A stretch of 57,150 nt of DNA from an uncultured Candidatus Binatia bacterium (GCA_963579235.1 CAUZFM010000002.1:1-57150), one strand, 5' to 3'. Counted from the first letter of the stretch, positions 18,285 through 31,910 are shown. Numbers and translations: made by a program. Notes: generated by a model from the sequence alone, not told the origin.

Positions 18285-19847
18285 TCACTCCTGACGACGA
18301 CCCACGACAACCGCCAACAACGACAGGACTACGCACAATACTGCGAACCAGTCGCCTCCACGCGCGTAAAGTGTCAGCTCGCGGCTGGCACTGATGCGAC
18401 CGACGATAGTCTCACGCTCGAACATCTCCGTGGACACGGTCACGCGGCCGAGCGGATCGATAACAGCCGACGGTCCCGCCGTCGAAGCCCGAACAACGAA
18501 GCGCCTTTGTTCAACTGCCCTGAACGCCGCGACTGCAAGCTGCATCTCGGAGTATTGTCGATGCCCGATCCACGTATCGTTTGAAAGCACCGCTAGGTAT
18601 TCGGCACCCTCGCGCGTTCTGTTTGTCGCCAAGCGGGGAAACATGGACTCGTTACACACGAGCACGCCCGCCTGCCCTGCCGCCGTCGGGAGAAGAGCAG
18701 CCTGCCCGCCCGGGGTGAATTCCCTGACCCTGGCAAACCGTCGCCTGAGCAGTTCGACGGCACCGAGCGGAAAGTACTCGGCGAAGGGCAGCAGCCGCTG
18801 CTTGTCGTAGGTTCCAGTGACTCGCGCAGAGGGCTCGAGCAGGAACGCACTGTTGAAATAACGAGTATTGTCACCGTCACGGCGAGGCCCCCCAGCCACC
18901 AGCTGGGCTTCCTCGGGTTCGAGTACAGCCGCGATTGAGCGCGCGAATCGGGGTTCCTCGTCCAGGAAAAAAGTCATCGAACTCTCGGGCCAGAACAACA
19001 CCCTCGCCGCCGAACCCGAAAGCACCTCCCGGCTCAGTCGGAGATAAACCTTAAGGTTACGACCATAAAGGCGCTCGTCCCACTGGCTGCCGAGATCCAG
19101 GTTGTCCTGCGCCACCGCCACCACCGTCTCCGGTTTATCGGCCAGTCCATCGGCAAGCGACTCCAACCGCCAACGGCCATACCCAGCCGCTAACATGACC
19201 ATGAGAACCGCCGTGACGGCCATCGCTACCGCCGGACCGCGCGTTCCACTCCCACGCAGGCGCGTGACTATCTCCACGAGGGCCACGTTGCAAACAACCG
19301 CGACAAACCCGACCGCATACACGCCACCAATGTCTGCAACCTGCGCCAGGACGTGGTCAGCCGGCAGCGCGACGCCGATCAGGGCAACCGGGTTTCCCCC
19401 CAGGCGCACTCGGAGCAGCTCAGCCGCAGTGAACCCAAAAAGACAAACCACCATCGAGACAAACCGACCGCGCTTCCCCGTCCAGGCCAGGCCCGCGCCC
19501 AGCAAAGCGTAAGCCCAGGAAGCAGTCACCGTGGTGCCGACAAAAAACACGGCCCAGCCCAGTAGACGTGGTTGCGCGTAGTAAGTGGAGGCGGCGGCGA
19601 TGAGCCAGGCGGCCACCACGCCGGCAGAAACGAGCAGGCTCCAGCCCGCAGCCAGCAGGGCGGCGCGCGCGGGAGACACCGACCGTAGCACGACCAGCAG
19701 CGGCGCCAGCGCCACCGCGGCGAGCCAGTACCATTGCAAGGGTGCAAAGCAGGCCGTGTAGAGGGCGGCCGAAAGCGCGACAAGAAACAGCTCCTTCGCA
19801 GATGTCACCCTTGCGGGTAGCGGACTGAAACGCACGAGAGCCGACAC
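18285..19847 (-). CDS. lnt: Apolipoprotein N-acyltransferase
   Basis: 520 aa. The N-terminal half is multi-TM. The C-terminal half is a carbon-nitrogen hydrolase domain (VVAVAQDN, FWPESS, YDKQRLLPFAEYFP, VLVCNESMFP, LSNDTW). Confidence 0.8.
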   Translation of the reverse strand: MSALVRFSPLPARVTSAKELFLVALSAALYTACFAPLQWYWLAAVALAPLLVVLRSVSPARAALLAAGWSLLVSAGVVAAWLIAAASTYYAQPRLLGWAVFFVGTTVTASWAYALLGAGLAWTGKRGRFVSMVVCLFGFTAAELLRVRLGGNPVALIGVALPADHVLAQVADIGGVYAVGFVAVVCNVALVEIVTRLRGSGTRGPAVAMAVTAVLMVMLAAGYGRWRLESLADGLADKPETVVAVAQDNLDLGSQWDERLYGRNLKVYLRLSREVLSGSAARVLFWPESSMTFFLDEEPRFARSIAAVLEPEEAQLVAGGPRRDGDNTRYFNSAFLLEPSARVTGTYDKQRLLPFAEYFPLGAVELLRRRFARVREFTPGGQAALLPTAAGQAGVLVCNESMFPRLATNRTREGAEYLAVLSNDTWIGHRQYSEMQLAVAAFRAVEQRRFVVRASTAGPSAVIDPLGRVTVSTEMFERETIVGRISASRELTLYARGGDWFAVLCVVLSLLAVVVGRRQE

Positions 19848-19853
19848 CGGCGG

Positions 19854-21455
19854 TCAGCGCAGACCGAGGTCCTTGAGTTTTTTCTGTAACGCCACCCGTG
19901 AGATTCCCATGGCCTCGGCGGCACGCGTAACGTTGTTATCGTTGCTCTGCAACACCCGGGCAACGTAATCCATCTCGAAAGCGCGACGCGCCTCCCTGAG
20001 GGGAAGCGAAGCAGCCGCGCCGCCCGCAACCACCACCGTGGCAGCCCCCGTACCCGCCCCGGCCACTGACGTGTCGCGCCCGGTCACGCGCGCCGAAAGT
20101 CGCGCCAGCGTCACCGTTTCCCCCGCTGGAGTGAGCGCCACCGCGCGCTCGATCTCGTTCTCGAGTTCACGCACGTTGCCCTCCCACTCGGCTGCGACCA
20201 GCGCCTGCATGACCTCGTCGGCCAGGCCGGCGGTCTTCTTGCCGTGGCGCTCACTGACCCGCTCCAGCAAGGTAGCAACGATGAGCGGAATGTCTTCGCG
20301 GCGCTCGCGAAGCGGCGGTGTCGTGAGCGGAAAAACGGCCAGGCGGTAGTACAGGTCCTCGCGAAAACGGCCCTCGTCGACCTCGTGCTTGAGGTCGCGG
20401 TTGGTGGCCGCCAGTACCCGCACGTCAACGTCGCGCGGCTTGGTATCGCCCACGCGCAGTATCTCGCCCTCCTGCAGCACGCGCAGCAGCTTGGGTTGCA
20501 TAGCGGCCGGCATCTCGCCGACCTCGTCGAGAAACAGCGTGCCACCGGCCGCGGCCTCAAACAGGCCCGCCTTGTCGCGATCAGCACCGGTGAACGACCC
20601 CCTGGCGTGACCGAAGAGCTGGCTCTCCAGCAGGGTTTCGGGAAAAGCCGAGCAGTTGACGGCCAAGAAGGGCCCGTCGGCGCGCTCGCCCTCTTTGTGA
20701 ATCGCGCGCGCCACCAGCTCCTTGCCGGTACCGGTCTCACCCTGGATGAGAACCGTAATGGGCGACGCCGCGACGGTTTCCATCTCGTCAAACAGCGACT
20801 GCATGGCCCGGCTGTTACCCGCGATGGTCAAGAATCGGTCGCGCCGGGCTATGTCGCGCTGCAGCTGGTCGGCCCGCGCGCGCAGGCTTCGCTCCGAAGC
20901 CTGCAACGCTTCTACGAAACCGGCATTCTCCAGGGCCACCGCGACGCTGCCGGCCAACGATTCAAGAAAGAGCAGGCTCTCGTCGAGTTGTGTATCTTCG
21001 CCCCGGCCACCGTCAAGCGTGGGATTGATGACTTCGAGTACGCCGACGTTGCCGCGGTGAGAGACCAGCGGCGCGGCCAGGATCGAATGCGTGACCAGGC
21101 CCGAGTCCTCGTCTATGCCCGAGTACCAGCGTGAGTCGGAAGCAACGTCGGCCACGAAAATTGCCTTGCCGCTTTCGAGCACGGCACCTGCCACGCCCTT
21201 GTCGGCCGCAAAACGCAGGTCAGCGAGCCGCGCCGCTACCTTCTCGTCGCTGGCCACCGCCCAGGGAAAATAAAGCTCACCGGCTGTCTCATCCAGGGCG
21301 AGCACAGACACACCCTCGGCATGAAAAACCTCGCGACAGCGCTCGACGACGAGCTCAACGAGTTCGTCTATCTTACGACATTCTGCGAACGCGCGGCCGA
21401 GGTCGTACAGCAGCCTGTACCCCTCCGGCCCACATATGTTTGACGGATCCGACAC
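19854..21455 (-). CDS. Sigma54-dependent transcriptional activator with an N-terminal GAF sensor domain and C-terminal Fis-type HTH
   Basis: AAA+ motifs are [25 protein letters not shown] and the GAFTGA-type loop GSFTGA. The HTH is [21 protein letters not shown] and the N-terminal region is GAF-like. The start is trimmed from 21593 to GTG 21455, which is preceded by AGGGGAG at 5 nt. Confidence 0.85.
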   Translation of the reverse strand: MSDPSNICGPEGYRLLYDLGRAFAECRKIDELVELVVERCREVFHAEGVSVLALDETAGELYFPWAVASDEKVAARLADLRFAADKGVAGAVLESGKAIFVADVASDSRWYSGIDEDSGLVTHSILAAPLVSHRGNVGVLEVINPTLDGGRGEDTQLDESLLFLESLAGSVAVALENAGFVEALQASERSLRARADQLQRDIARRDRFLTIAGNSRAMQSLFDEMETVAASPITVLIQGETGTGKELVARAIHKEGERADGPFLAVNCSAFPETLLESQLFGHARGSFTGADRDKAGLFEAAAGGTLFLDEVGEMPAAMQPKLLRVLQEGEILRVGDTKPRDVDVRVLAATNRDLKHEVDEGRFREDLYYRLAVFPLTTPPLRERREDIPLIVATLLERVSERHGKKTAGLADEVMQALVAAEWEGNVRELENEIERAVALTPAGETVTLARLSARVTGRDTSVAGAGTGAATVVVAGGAAASLPLREARRAFEMDYVARVLQSNDNNVTRAAEAMGISRVALQKKLKDLGLR

Positions 21456-21535
21456 GAGTTCTCCCCTCGACAAGAACTCCTGCAATACCCCCTCGCGTCG
21501 CGACAGACAACTCCGCCCCAGTAGAAAGGGAGCAG

Positions 21536-21561
21536 AAGGGGGAGTCGTCCGATGCCCCCTT
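21536..21561 (+). other. GC-stem hairpin (AAGGGGG-12 nt loop-CCCCCTT) in the divergent intergenic region
   Basis: 7-bp perfect stem read directly from the sequence. Confidence 0.3.
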
Positions 21562-21596
21562 TCGCGACGGTGCCTGCATTTAAGGCCGTACACACC

Positions 21597-21626
21597 AGGG
21601 GGATACCGGGCGCCTCCCCCTTTTTG
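21597..21626 (+). terminator. Intrinsic-terminator-like hairpin (AGGGGGA-11 nt loop-TCCCCCT) followed by a T-run, lying in the leader upstream of the igr-like operon
   Basis: 7-bp perfect GC-rich stem followed by TTTTTG on the + strand. No + strand gene ends upstream of it, so an attenuator or sRNA terminator is more likely than a gene terminator. Confidence 0.4.
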
Positions 21627-21663
21627 CGTGGTTGACTGAAGGCGGCCCTGTGATAGCTCACAC

Positions 21664-21677
21664 TGAAACGTGTTCTA
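21664..21677. promoter_or_regulatory. TetR/KstR-type palindrome TGAAACGTGTTCTA (fits TnnAACnnGTTnnA)
   Basis: Lies 86 nt upstream of the ACAD start, just downstream of TTGACT (21632-21637). It matches all 8 fixed positions of the published KstR operator pattern as I recall it. Confidence 0.3.
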
Positions 21678-21762
21678 CCCTTGCCACGCGGCTTTTCGGT
21701 CATTTAGGGGCGTCCGGGCAGGCACCAGTGCGGCCTCGTAACGGGGCGGCAAAGCCAACACC

Positions 21763-22947
21763 GTGTACCTCGACCTTTCCACAGAACAGAAGCAGCTGCG
21801 GCAGCGCATCCGCGACTATTATGCTGACATGTTTACGCCCGAGCTTCGCTCGCGCTGGGAAGCCGAGCGCGAGGAGGCCGGCGGGCCGCTGTTTCGCGAA
21901 CTGGTAGAACGCATGGGTGCCGACGGCTGGCTGGGGGTCGGCTGGCCCACCGAGTACGGCGGCCAGGGCTTCACGCCGCTTGAGCAGTTTATTTTCTGGG
22001 ACGAGACCTGGCGCGCCCGCGCCCCGCTGCCGGTCATCGCCTGCAACACGGTGGGCCCCACGCTGATGAGCTTCGGCAGTGACGCGCAGAAGGCGGAGCT
22101 GCTGCCGGGTATACGCGAGGGTCGGTTGATGTTTGCCATCGGCTACACCGAGCCCAGCGCGGGTACCGATCTCGCCTCGCTCAAGACCACCGCCGTACGC
22201 GACGGGGACCAGTGGGTGATCAACGGCCAGAAGATCTTCACCACCCACGCGCACGACTGCGACTACCTGTGGATGGCCTGCCGCACCGATCCCGACGCCA
22301 AGCCCCACAAGGGCATAAGCATTATACTGGTGCCGGCCGATTCGCCCGGCTTCGAGTTTACGCCCATCAACACCCTGGGCGGCGAGCGCACCAACGCCAC
22401 CTATTTTGATAACGTACGCGTGCCACTGGAAAACGTAGTCGGCGAGGTCAACCAGGGCTGGAAACTCATCACCACCCAGCTCAACCACGAACGCATCACC
22501 CTGGCCTGCCCCGGCCTGTCGGACCGGGTATTCGACGAGGTACGGAAGTGGGCCGTAGACAGCGAGTCACCGTCGGGCGGCCGCATGATAGACGAGCCCT
22601 GGGTGCAGACCGCGCTCGCGCGAGTGTACGCCAAGCTCGAAGCCGTAAAGGTACTCAACTGGAAGTCCGCCTGGTCGCTCGACCAGGGCCACCCCGACAT
22701 GGCCGAAGCGTCGGCGGTCAAGGTGCTCGGCACCGAGTTTTTCGTGGAATGCTACCGCCTCTTGCTCGAGATAACCGGGAGCGCGGGCACGCTCAGGGCG
22801 GGCGAAGCCGGCTGCCTGTTCGGCGGCCTGCTGGAGCAGGCCTGCCGCGGCGCGACCACGCTCACCTTCGGCGGTGGTGTCAACGAAGTACAGCGCGACA
22901 TAATCGCCATGGCCGGGCTGCTGCTGCCCAGGACCCCGCGCCGATGA
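21763..22947 (+). CDS. Acyl-CoA dehydrogenase (ChsE/FadE28-29-like candidate subunit)
   Basis: 394 aa from a GTG start (MYLDLSTEQKQLRQRI). ACAD motifs are GWLGVGWPTEYGG, YTEPSAGTDLASL and GGVNEVQRDIIA. Confidence 0.85.
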   Translation: MYLDLSTEQKQLRQRIRDYYADMFTPELRSRWEAEREEAGGPLFRELVERMGADGWLGVGWPTEYGGQGFTPLEQFIFWDETWRARAPLPVIACNTVGPTLMSFGSDAQKAELLPGIREGRLMFAIGYTEPSAGTDLASLKTTAVRDGDQWVINGQKIFTTHAHDCDYLWMACRTDPDAKPHKGISIILVPADSPGFEFTPINTLGGERTNATYFDNVRVPLENVVGEVNQGWKLITTQLNHERITLACPGLSDRVFDEVRKWAVDSESPSGGRMIDEPWVQTALARVYAKLEAVKVLNWKSAWSLDQGHPDMAEASAVKVLGTEFFVECYRLLLEITGSAGTLRAGEAGCLFGGLLEQACRGATTLTFGGGVNEVQRDIIAMAGLLLPRTPRR

Positions 22948-22976
22948 ACCCGCCGAGCGGCGAGTAGAGGGTAACG

Positions 22977-23951
22977 ATGTCACTTTCGAGAGAAGAACTG
23001 GAGGCAAAGCTGCTGGACTACGTGGGCCGCGAGATCAGTCCCCCCGAGCAGGGCCCCTACCCCGTAAACGAAACCATGATACGGCAGTGGTGCGAAGCGC
23101 TGGGTGACGAAAACCCAGTGTACACCGACGCCTCTGCTGCGGCCTCGTCGGTGCACGGCGGGCTGGTAGCGCCACCCACGATGATGCAGACCTGGAGCCT
23201 GCGCGGCGTCGAGATGGCCGACCCCGACGCGGGCCGACAGAACCTGCAGACCGAGCTGCACTCCTTGCTGGGCGGCGCCGGCTACCCGGCCGTGGTAGCC
23301 ACCAACTGCGAGCAGGGCTACACGCGTTACCTCAGGCCGGGCGACGAGATCTTCGTGACCACCACCATCGAGGCCATCTCGGAACAGAAGGCCACGGCGC
23401 TGGGCATAGGCTACTTCATCAACACCCGCGAGGTCTACCGTGACCAGCAGGGTGACGAAGTCGGCTGGCAGACCTTCCGCGTGCTCAAGTTTGCGCGGGC
23501 CGAGCAGCCGGGTGCGGCGACGTCTGACGGCGCTGCCGACGAAGAATCATCGACCCCCACGCGGCTGCGGCCCCCCATGGCCCACGACAACAAGTGGTGG
23601 TGGGACGGCATAGCCGAGGGGCGACTGCTGGTGCAGAAGTGCGCAGGCTGCGGCGAGCTGCGCCACCCCCCACGCCCAATGTGCCAGCACTGCCGCTCGC
23701 TTGAGTGGGAAGGCATCGAGGCCTCGGGCGAAGGCGAAGTCTACAGCTACGTGGTCATGCACTACCCCAAGTTTCCCGGCTACGACTACCCGTTTACCTG
23801 TGCGCTGGTAGAACTCACCGAGGGCACGCGCATGGTCGCCAACGTGGTGGGCTGCGACCCGGGCAAGGTGCACATAGGAATGAAAGTGCGCGCGAGCATC
23901 GAAAATGTCGACGACGAGTTCAAGCTGCCGTTCTTCAGGCCGATGGACTGA
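22977..23951 (+). CDS. MaoC-N-type hot-dog domain fused to a DUF35 zinc-ribbon/OB-fold domain (ChsH2-like)
   Basis: The N-terminal half resembles the FAS1-like dehydratase/MaoC_N fold (MIRQWCEALGDENPVYTD). The C-terminal half carries CAGCGELRHPPRPMCQHC plus an OB-fold (GEVYSYVVMHYP, MVANVVGCDP...IGMKVRA). Confidence 0.75.
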   Translation: MSLSREELEAKLLDYVGREISPPEQGPYPVNETMIRQWCEALGDENPVYTDASAAASSVHGGLVAPPTMMQTWSLRGVEMADPDAGRQNLQTELHSLLGGAGYPAVVATNCEQGYTRYLRPGDEIFVTTTIEAISEQKATALGIGYFINTREVYRDQQGDEVGWQTFRVLKFARAEQPGAATSDGAADEESSTPTRLRPPMAHDNKWWWDGIAEGRLLVQKCAGCGELRHPPRPMCQHCRSLEWEGIEASGEGEVYSYVVMHYPKFPGYDYPFTCALVELTEGTRMVANVVGCDPGKVHIGMKVRASIENVDDEFKLPFFRPMD

Positions 23952-23975
23952 GCGGGATAGAGGGCGGCAGCGGCA

Positions 23976-25136
23976 ATGGATTTTAAACTCGACGAAGAAC
24001 AACAGGCCGTGCGCGAACTGGCGCGCGGAATACTTGAGAAAGAAGTTGACCACGAGCGCCTGAAACAACTCGAGGCCGCCGGCGAAGACTTTGACCGCGA
24101 GCTGTGGGCCACCCTCGCCCGCGCCGGTCTGCTCGGCCTGGCCATACCCGAAGAACACGGCGGCATGGGCTACGGGCTGGTAGAGCTCTGCGTGCTGGCC
24201 CAGGAACTCGGCCGCGTCGTGGCGCCGGTGCCCGCGCTCGCAACCCTGGCCATGGGGGCCACTGCCATCTCGAGCTTCGGCAGCAACGAACAGAAAAAGG
24301 AATGGCTGCCGCGGATCTGCGCAGGAAAGGCCGTGGTAGCCGTGGCCATGGCGCGTGGCGCCTGGACCCGCGAGGGGCGCGCACCGCTGACAGCAACGCC
24401 CGACCCGAACGGCGGCTGGACACTTTCAGGCGAAGTTTCGCTGGTGCAGGCCGCGGGCATAAGCGACCTGCTCCTGGTGCCGGCCTGCCTGGGCGGCGGC
24501 GGTGAAGGCGGCAGCAGCACGGCCCTGTTCCTGGTCAACCCCGCTTGCCGGGGCCTGCAGCTCACCGGCGCGCGCAGCGCCACCGGCGAGCGTCTTTACA
24601 CAGTGAGCCTCGACTCGGTGACGGTATTAGAAAAAGACCTGCTGGGTGGCCTGCAGCCACGAGCCTTCGACCAAACGCGCGACTGTGGGCTGGCCGTGAG
24701 CTGCGCGATTCAGACCGGCGTATCAGAAAAGGCCGTTGAAATGACGGCCGCCTACGTTAGCGAACGCCAGCAATTCGGCCGACCCATCGGCAGCTTCCAG
24801 GCCGTGCACCACCGCATGGCCGACTGCTACGTAGATCTCGAATCCATGCGCTGGACGGCGTGGCGGGCGGCCTGGCTGCTGGCCGAGGGACGCGACGCGG
24901 CGCGCGAGTTGATGGTGGCCCGCCACTGGTCGGCCGAGGGCGGCGCGCGAATAGCCTCCGCCACGCAACACCTGCACGCGGGCATGGGCGTGGACACCGA
25001 CTACCCGCTATACCGATATTTTCTGAACTCCAAGGCGCTAGAGCTGGGCACCGGCTCGGCGGCGGCGCAACTGGCCGCGCTGGGCAGGAGCCTGGCCGAC
25101 GAAGCAACCGGCAACGACCGGCAGGAGAAAGCCTGA
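23976..25136 (+). CDS. Acyl-CoA dehydrogenase (second ChsE-like candidate subunit)
   Basis: 386 aa with MDFKLDEEQQAVRELARG, GLLGLAIPEEHGGMG and RQQFGRPIGSFQAV. Its stop overlaps the next start (ATGA). Confidence 0.85.
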   Translation: MDFKLDEEQQAVRELARGILEKEVDHERLKQLEAAGEDFDRELWATLARAGLLGLAIPEEHGGMGYGLVELCVLAQELGRVVAPVPALATLAMGATAISSFGSNEQKKEWLPRICAGKAVVAVAMARGAWTREGRAPLTATPDPNGGWTLSGEVSLVQAAGISDLLLVPACLGGGGEGGSSTALFLVNPACRGLQLTGARSATGERLYTVSLDSVTVLEKDLLGGLQPRAFDQTRDCGLAVSCAIQTGVSEKAVEMTAAYVSERQQFGRPIGSFQAVHHRMADCYVDLESMRWTAWRAAWLLAEGRDAARELMVARHWSAEGGARIASATQHLHAGMGVDTDYPLYRYFLNSKALELGTGSAAAQLAALGRSLADEATGNDRQEKA

Positions 25137-25561
25137 TGCCCAACCCGACCCTGGCCCTGGCGCAACTCAAGGTGGGTGACGCCCTGCCCGAGCTGCCCAT
25201 AGAGATCACCACCACGCTGGTGATCGGCGGCGCATTGGCCTCGCGCGATTTTACGCCCGTGCACCACGACAAAGGCCAGGCCCAGGCCGCCGGCATGCAG
25301 GACGTGTTCATGAACATCCTGACGACCAACGGGCTGGTGGGCCGCTACGTCACCGACTGGGCCGGGCCCGACTCGGTAATGAAAGGCGTGTCGATCAAAC
25401 TGGGCACGCCCAACCTGCCCGGCGACACCATGAAGATGAGCGGCCAGGTGAGCGCCATCGACGAAAAAGAAAGTACGGTCACGGTCGAGATCGCGGGCAG
25501 CAACTCCTGGGGCGACCACGTCACGGGTTCGGTCACCGTCGCGTTGCCGGGGAGCAGCTGA
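25136..25561 (+). CDS. MaoC-like (R)-hydratase hot-dog protein (ChsH1-like)
   Basis: 141 aa, trimmed from ORF 24860..25561 to ATG 25136. Contains SRDFTPVHHD and a hot-dog fold pattern. Overlaps the upstream ACAD stop by 1 nt (TGATG). Confidence 0.75.
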   Translation: MPNPTLALAQLKVGDALPELPIEITTTLVIGGALASRDFTPVHHDKGQAQAAGMQDVFMNILTTNGLVGRYVTDWAGPDSVMKGVSIKLGTPNLPGDTMKMSGQVSAIDEKESTVTVEIAGSNSWGDHVTGSVTVALPGSS

Positions 25562-25563
25562 GC

Positions 25564-26736
25564 ATGCCCACCACCCTCAAGAACGAAGCCGCGATAGCGG
25601 GTATAGGCCAGACCGAGTTCTCCAAGAACTCGGGTCGCTCCGAACTACAGCTCGCCTGCGAGGCCGTGAGCGCGGCCCTTGACGACTGCGGGTTGGACCC
25701 CGGCGAGGTCGACGGCCTGACGACCTTTACGATGGACACCACCGACGAGGTGGAACTGGCGCAGAATGTCGGCCTGGGCGACCTCACGTTCTTCAGCCGC
25801 ATACCATACGGCGGCGGGGCCGCCATCGGCGTGATGCAGCAAGCGGCCATGGCCGTGGCAACGGGCGTGGCTAACTACGTGGTCGTGTACCGCGCATTTA
25901 ACGAACGCTCGGGCCACCGCTACAGCGCCGGCGTGGGCGAGGGCATCGTCACGGCCGACCTCGTGCACTGGGGATGGTACATGTCGGTGGGCCTGCTTAC
26001 GCCCGCGAGCTGGGTGGCCATGTTCACGCAGCGCTACATGCACGAATACGGCGTCACCGAGCTCGACCTCGCGCGCGTGGCTGTCGTGACCCGCAAGCAC
26101 GCGGTCAACAACCCGGCTGCGTTCTTCTACGAGAAAGAACTCACCATCGACGAACACCACGACAGCCGCTGGATCGTTGAACCCCTACGATTGTTCGACT
26201 GCTGCCAGGAGAGCGACGGCGGCTGCGCGTGCATTGTCACCACGCCCGAACGCGCCCGCGATCTCGCAAAGAAACCGGCCGTGATACGCGGTGTAGCCGA
26301 GGCCGCCACGCGCGGGCAGGAAAACATGACGAGCTTCTACCGACCCAGCATCAGCTACCTGCCCGAGACCGACCTCGTGGCCAAGCAGGTCTACGAGCAG
26401 TCAGGACTGAAAGTCGACGACATCGACGCTGCCATCATCTACGACGCTTTCACGCCCATAGTGCTCTGGCAGTTAGAGAGCTGGGGCTTCTGCCGTCGCG
26501 GAGAAGCCGGCGCCTTCGTGGGCGACGGCAACCTCGAACTCGACGGGCGGCTTCCCACCAACACCCACGGCGGGCAACTGAGCGAAGCCTACATACACGG
26601 CATGAACGGCGTCAACGAGGGCGTGCGCTTGATACGCGGCGAGTCGGTCAACCAGCCCGAGCGCAACGACCACGTGCTGGTCACCGGCGGCGTGGGTGTG
26701 CCCACCAGCGGAATGATACTGGGGCAACCCGACTGA
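25564..26736 (+). CDS. Thiolase-fold lipid-transfer protein (Ltp2/SCP-x-type, candidate retro-aldolase)
   Basis: 390 aa. Non-canonical thiolase-fold pattern (AIAGIGQTEFSK, DCCQESDGGCACIV, TNTHGGQLSEAYIHGMNG). The start is 2 nt after the MaoC stop. Confidence 0.75.
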   Translation: MPTTLKNEAAIAGIGQTEFSKNSGRSELQLACEAVSAALDDCGLDPGEVDGLTTFTMDTTDEVELAQNVGLGDLTFFSRIPYGGGAAIGVMQQAAMAVATGVANYVVVYRAFNERSGHRYSAGVGEGIVTADLVHWGWYMSVGLLTPASWVAMFTQRYMHEYGVTELDLARVAVVTRKHAVNNPAAFFYEKELTIDEHHDSRWIVEPLRLFDCCQESDGGCACIVTTPERARDLAKKPAVIRGVAEAATRGQENMTSFYRPSISYLPETDLVAKQVYEQSGLKVDDIDAAIIYDAFTPIVLWQLESWGFCRRGEAGAFVGDGNLELDGRLPTNTHGGQLSEAYIHGMNGVNEGVRLIRGESVNQPERNDHVLVTGGVGVPTSGMILGQPD

Positions 26737-26747
26737 CAACGGACTGA

Positions 26748-27953
<1,206 letters not shown>

Positions 27954-27966
27954 ACGGGGTACCGTT

Positions 27967-28970
27967 TTACTGAAGGGCGGCTATGGGTTCGGTGCCGGAT
28001 ATCGCTCCGGGGGCAGACGCCAGGGGGCGTCCGTCGCGCTGCATGAACTCCATCAGGTCAGCGACGTCGATGTCGTTGAGCTCGAGGTTCGGCATGGCCA
28101 GCTGGTCGAACTCTTCGTACAATTCCATTGCCAGCGGGTCTTTTTCGGCCAGCATCTGGTCGGGCACCTTGAGCCAGCGCTCCAGCCAGGCGCGGTCGCG
28201 TCGGGCCACCACGCCCAACAGGTCCGGGCCCAACAGGTCGCCCCCGCCTATGGTATGGCAGGCCGTGCACCGAGTGCGAAACAGGTACTCGCCGCGGGAA
28301 TAAACCGGCACATCGGGCGCGTTGGCGTAGTTGACCACCCCGGTCGTGCGACGCCGTCCGGCCAGCTTGTAGCCGATAAGGTTGGCCAGTGAAGACGCGT
28401 TGTCGTAGGGCGAGCGTTTGACCCACTGCCCGGTGCGCTCGTTGCCGGCTATGAAGCTCAGATTATGATCGCTGTCGTCGTCCTGTATATCCTCGATAAA
28501 CAGCCCGAGCTTCTTGCGCAGCAAGATGATATCCTCCTTCTTGCCGGTCAGAAACTCCCAGCCGGGACCAGCGTTAAACTTCTCGCGGTAGTTCTTGAGC
28601 ACCTCGACGGTGTCGTTCTCCGGGTCGATAGTAATCGAGTAGAGAAACACGTCGCGGCCCACGGTATCACCCAGGATCTGCTGCACCTGCGCGAGCTTGG
28701 CCGTTTCGGCGGGGCAGGAACTGGGGCAACTGGTGTAGATGAAGTTGATCGCTACGACCTTGCCCGCGACCAGGTCGTCGTAGAACATGCGCTTCTCGCC
28801 ATCGTGGTTGGTCAACTCGATGTTGGGGAAGTGAGACTTCCAACGCGAGGCGCCAGCCAACTGCACGGGCAACGCTACCAGCAGCAGGCAGAACGACAGT
28901 CCAAGCACTGCAGCCCGGGCCACCCCGGACCACCCTCCTGGCCACTTTTTCATCCCCTCCGTCATGCCCA

Positions 28971-28971
<1 letters not shown>
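27967..28971 (-). CDS. SCO1/SenC copper chaperone domain fused to a C-terminal mono-haem cytochrome c domain, membrane anchored
   Basis: 334 aa. The TM anchor is AAVLGLSFCLLLVALPV, the SCO CxxxC is YTSCPSSCP, and the haem motif is CTACH with a distal AMPNL Met. Its start overlaps the MCO stop (TGATG). Confidence 0.8.

Positions 28972-31910
<2,939 letters not shown>

Noticed and set aside
21721-21734. Sigma54-like GGCAC-N8-GC upstream of the ACAD at 21763, divergent from the EBP gene
   Set aside because: Only the GG and GC dinucleotides and GGCAC fit. The -12 region is CGGC rather than TTGC, and the element is only 29 nt from the start codon. This is too weak to call.
27954-27966. Short palindrome ACGGGGTACCGT between the convergent thiolase and SCO-cyt c genes as a bidirectional terminator
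   Set aside because: The stem is at most 4-5 bp with no flanking T/A tracts. Evidence is insufficient.
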